Below, piece by piece: positions 59,580 through 64,000 of a stretch of DNA of 64,000 nucleotides. Under the pieces are notes generated by a model. The model ran no database searches. It was given only the letters and a program-made list of their open reading frames with translations, and was not told the origin of the DNA. The DNA is from Malacoraja senta (taxonomy: Eukaryota), in contig JAXLNO010000944.1 in the NCBI GenBank assembly GCA_038087875.1, forward strand, positions 62,001 to 126,000, in the 5' to 3' direction. Position 1 is the stretch's first letter. Every line of letters begins with the position of its first letter. Made by a program: the position numbers and the translations under genes.

Positions 59580-62500
59580 AACAGGCCCTTCGGCCCAACT
59601 TGCCCACACCGACCAACAATGTCTCAGCTACACTAGTCCCACTTGCCTGCGCTTAGTCCATATTCCTCCAAACCTGTCCTATCCATGTACCTATCTAACT
59701 GTTTTTTAAAAAGATGGGATAGTCTCAGCCTCAACTACCTCCTCTGGCAACTTGTTCCATACACCCACCACCTTTTGTGTGAAAACGTTACCCTTCGGAT
59801 TCTTATTAAATCTTTTCCCCTTCACCTTGAACATATGTCCTCTGGTCCTCGATTCCCCATACTCTGGGCAAGAAACTGTGCATCTACCCGATCTATTCTT
59901 CTCATGATTTTGTATGCCTCTATAAGATCTGCCCTCATCCTGCTGAGCTCCATGGAATAGAGACCCAGCCTACTCAACCTCTCCCCATAGCTCACACCCT
60001 CTAGTCCTGGCAACATCCTCGTAAATCTTCTCTGAATCCTTTCAAGCCTGACAATATTTTTCCTATAACATGGTGCCCCGAACTGAACACAATATTCTAA
60101 ATGCGGTCTCACCAACATCTTATACAATTGCAACATGACCTCCCAGTTTCCACAATCAAAACTCTGACTGATGAAGGCCAATGTGCCAAATCCTTTTTGA
60201 CCACCTTATCTACCTGCGACTCGACCTTCAAGGAACCATGCACCTGCACTCCTAGATCCCTCTGCTCTACAACACTACCCAGAGGCCTACCATTTACTGT
60301 GTAGGTCCTGCCCTTGTTCAATGTCCCAAAAAGCAACATCTCACACATTATTAAATTCTATCAATCATTCCTCAGCCTAGCTGATTAATCGATCCAGATC
60401 TTGCTGCAATCTTTCACAACCATCTTCACTATCTGCAAAACCACTCACTTTTGCAGCATCAGCAAACTTGCTAATCTTCCCCTGCATGATCTGATCCAAA
60501 TCATTGATGTAGATGACAAACAGTAACGGGCCCAGCACCCAACCCTGAGTCACACCACTAGTCACAGATCTCCAGTCCGAGAAGCAACCTTCCACCATCA
60601 CACTCTGCTTCCTTCCATGGAGCCAATTTGCTATCCATTCAGCTATCTTTCCTTGGCTCCCATGGGATCTAACCATCCTTAGCAGCCTACCATGCAGAAC
60701 CTTGTAGAATGTCGTACTGAAATCCATGTACATAACATCTACAGCTCTGCCCTCATCGACCTTTCTGGTCTATCTTCAAAAAAATCAATCAGATTTGTGA
60801 GACACGACCTCCCACGTATAAAACCATTCTGACTATTCCCAATCAGCCCTTACCCATCCAAATGCCTGTATAACCTATCCCTCAGAATACTCTCTAGTAA
60901 CTTTCCAGATGCAGATGTTAAGCTCACCGGCCTATAGTTCCCAGCATTTTCCCTGCAGCCTTTCTTGAAAAGAGGCACAACATTTTCCACCCTCCAGTCT
61001 TCCAGCACCTCTCTTGTATTTAAGAACGACTCGTAAATTTCCCCTCTAGCTTCCCGCAATGTCCTCGGATATATCTGATCAGGTCCCGGAGATTTGTCTA
61101 CCTTCAAACTCGACAGTACCTTCAAAACTTCCTCGACGGTAACACTGACTGCTCTCAAGACACTTCCATTAACTGCTCCAAGTTCTTCCGTCCTACTGGT
61201 CCTTACCCTCAATAAATTTTCCTTTGACTCCTCCCATTTTCTCCAAATCCAAGGCGTAGCTATGGGCACGCACATGGGCCCCAGCTATGCCTGCCCCTTT
61301 GTCGGGTACGTTGTTCAAGGCGTACCATGGCCCTATCCCTGAACTCTACCTCTGCTACATTGACAACTGCATTGGTGCAACCTCCTGCACCCATGCAGAA
61401 CTCACTGACTTCATCCATTTCACCATTAACTTCCATCCGGCACTTAAATTCACCTCGACCATTTCCGACATCTCCCTACCGTTTCTAGACTTCACTATCT
61501 CCATCGCAGGTAACAGACTACTGACCAATATCTACCACAAACCCACTCACTCCCACGGCTATCTGGACTACACTTCTATCCACCCTGCTTCCTGTAAGGA
61601 CTCTATCCCCTACTCCCAATTCCTCCATCTACGACGCATCTGCACCCAGGATGAGGTGTTCCAAGCCAGGGCATCAGAGATGTCCTCATTCTTTAGGGAA
61701 CGGGAGGTTCCCCTCTTTGTCCACAGATGAGGCTCTCACCAGGGTCTCTTCTATATCGCGTAGCTCTGCTCTCACTCTCCATCCCCCCACTTGTAACAAG
61801 AGTCCCCATTGTCCACACCTCCTACCCCACCAGCCGTCACATATAACAGATAATCCTCTGGCATTTTCGCCACCTCCAACGGGATCCCAACAATGGCCAC
61901 ATCTTCCCATCTCCTCCCCTTTCAGCTTTCCACAGATACCGCTCCCTGGTCAATTCTTCCCTTCCCACCCAAACCACCCCCTTCCCTGTTACTTTCCCTT
62001 GCAAACGCAGAAAATGCCACACTTGTCGCTTTACCTCCCCCCTTGACTCCATCCAAGGATCTAAGCAGTCTTTCCAGATGAGGCAGAGGTTCACCTGCAC
62101 CTCCTCCAACCTCATCTATTGCATCCGCTGCTCTAAGTGTCAACTGCTCTACATCGGTGAGATCAAGCATAGACTTGGCGATCGCTTCACCCAACACCTC
62201 CGCACACTTCGCATTAACCAACCTTATCTCCCGGTGGCTCAGCACTTCAACTCCCCATCCCATTCCGAATCCGACCTTTCTGTCCTGGGCCTCCTCCATG
62301 GCCAGAGGAGTCCCACCGCAAATTGGAGGAGTAGCACCTCTTATTTCGCTTGGGTAGTTTACACTCCAGCGGTATGAACATTGACTTCTCCAATTTCAGG
62401 TAGTCCTTGCTTTCTCCCTCCTTCCCCTCCCCTTCCCAGCTCTCCCACAGCCTACTGTCTCCGCCTCTTCCTTCCTTCTTCCCGGCCCCCCATCTCCACA

Positions 62501-63560
62501 TCAGTCTGAAGAAGGGTCTCGTCCAGAAACGTCACCTATTCCTTCGCTCCATAGATGCTGCCTCACCCGCTGAGTTTCACCAGCATTTTTGTCCACCTTC
62601 CGTCCTACTGTCTTTCTCCTCGGTAAATGCAGAGGAGAAATATTCATTGAGGACCTTGCCCATTTCCTGTAGCTCCATACAGATGTGAGTGCTTTGATTC
62701 CTGAGAGGTCCCACTCTCTCTCTGGTTACCCTTTTCCCCCTTATGTATTTATAAAATCTTTTGGGATTGTTGCTACCCACCAGAGCTATCTCCTGGCCCC
62801 TTTTTGCCCTTCTGATCACCTTTTTCAATTTACTCCTTAGTTCCCGAAACTCCTCCAGGGATGCAATTGATCCCAGCTGCCTATACCCGTCCCATGCATC
62901 CTTCTTGTTTTTGACCAACGTCTTAATTTCCCTCGTCAGCCAAGCTTCCTTACGTTTGCCTGCTTTGCCCTTCACTCTAACGGGGACGTACATATCCTGA
63001 GCTTTCGTCAGCACACTTAAAAACATCCCACTTGGCCGATTTTCCTTTCCCCTCTAATAACCTGCTCCAGTCAACTTGAGTGAGACCTTCTCTCATACCC
63101 TCAAAGTTGGCCTTACCCAACTTGTGCATTTTAACACATGGACCCTCTCCGTCCTTATCCATAACCATCTTAAACCTAATCCAACTGTGGTCACTGGACC
63201 CAAAAGGCTCCTCCACACACACTACATTAACTTGCCTTCCCAATTTCCCAATACTAGATCCAGTGTTGCCCTCTCATGTGTGGGGGCCTCTACATACTGT
63301 TTAAGAAAACTCTCCTGAACACTTTTGAGGAATTGCACCCCATTTAAATCCTTAAATCCTATGATTTTCCCAGTCTATATTGGGAAAGTTAAAATCCCCT
63401 ACTACAACAACCTTATTTGACCTCCAGCTGTCTGCAATCTCCTGGCACATTTGTTCTTCGAATTCCCGTTGACTATTCGGGCGTCTGTAGTACACCCCCA
63501 ACAAGGCGATCATCACTTTCTTGTTCCTCAGCTCCACCCATATAGCCTCACTAGATGAAC
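59580..63560 (-). mobile_element. Long CR1 LINE (EN to 3' end), interrupted by a Penelope-like element
   Basis: EN (63352..63537, GVYYRRP, VGDFNFP), linker, RT ([21 protein letters not shown]) and C-terminus ([13 protein letters not shown]). Confidence 0.9.
61199..62596 (+). mobile_element. Penelope-like element (RT C-half + GIY-YIG) with 14-bp TSD
   Basis: GVAMGTHMGPSYA, YIDNCIG, LPFLD, KPTHSHGYLDY, LIYCIRCSKCQLLYIGE; cttccgtcctactg at 61185-61198 and 62597-62610. Confidence 0.9.
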
Positions 63561-64000
63561 CTCCGTAATGTCACCTCTGAACACTGCCGTGACATCCTCC
63601 TTACCCAACAATGCAACCCCCCTCCTCTTTTTCCCTCACCGGTCTGCCCTGAAGCTCCTGTACCCCGGAACATTGAGCTGCCAGTCCTGCCCCTCCTTTT
63701 ACCAGGTTTCAGTCATGGCTACAAGGTCCCAGTCGCTCGTACCTATCCATGCCCTAAGTTCATCTGCCTTACCCGTCAGGCCCCCTTTACGTGCAGTTTA
63801 AACCAACTCCTCCTTCTCTGCCTTTCACCTGCCTATTCTGTCCACTAACCTTCCACACACCACACTCCATACCAACTTCTAGCCTCTCACGTGTCTCTGT
63901 CCTGTACAAGATCCCCCCCCCGTCTAGGGACAATTTACAATTAAACTAAGCCAATCAACCTACAAACCTTTACGTCTTTGGAGTGTGGGAGGAAACCGGA

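Overview
Eukaryotic, repeat-rich vertebrate DNA. The HE1/V-SINE-type SINEs with (CTAAA)n tails, CR1 LINEs and Penelope-derived tails point to a cartilaginous fish, probably a skate or ray (inference). Two host genes can be assembled by hand. (1) Plus strand: the 3' half of an MHC class I-like heavy chain, with an intact Ig-C1/alpha3 exon (9693-9959) splicing in frame to one connecting-peptide/TM/tail exon (13670-13797). No leader, alpha1 or alpha2 exon was found upstream in the window. (2) Minus strand: a SUN1/SUN2-like membrane/coiled-coil gene (exons 58509 to 30990). It has a 1-nt frameshift in one exon and no recognisable SUN-domain exons between the last coiled-coil exon and the MHC-like gene. 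Bases 1-4191 are a shuffled, deletion-ridden duplicate of parts of this gene (matching 46262-61250). The rest is mostly transposons: three long L1/Tx1-type LINEs, many CR1 pieces, Penelope-like elements, two solo LTRs, a TIR DNA element, and two Helitrons. One Helitron has grown to 9.4 kb through a 26-bp minisatellite that has taken repeated retrotransposon insertions. All homology calls come from remembered family motifs; no search was run.
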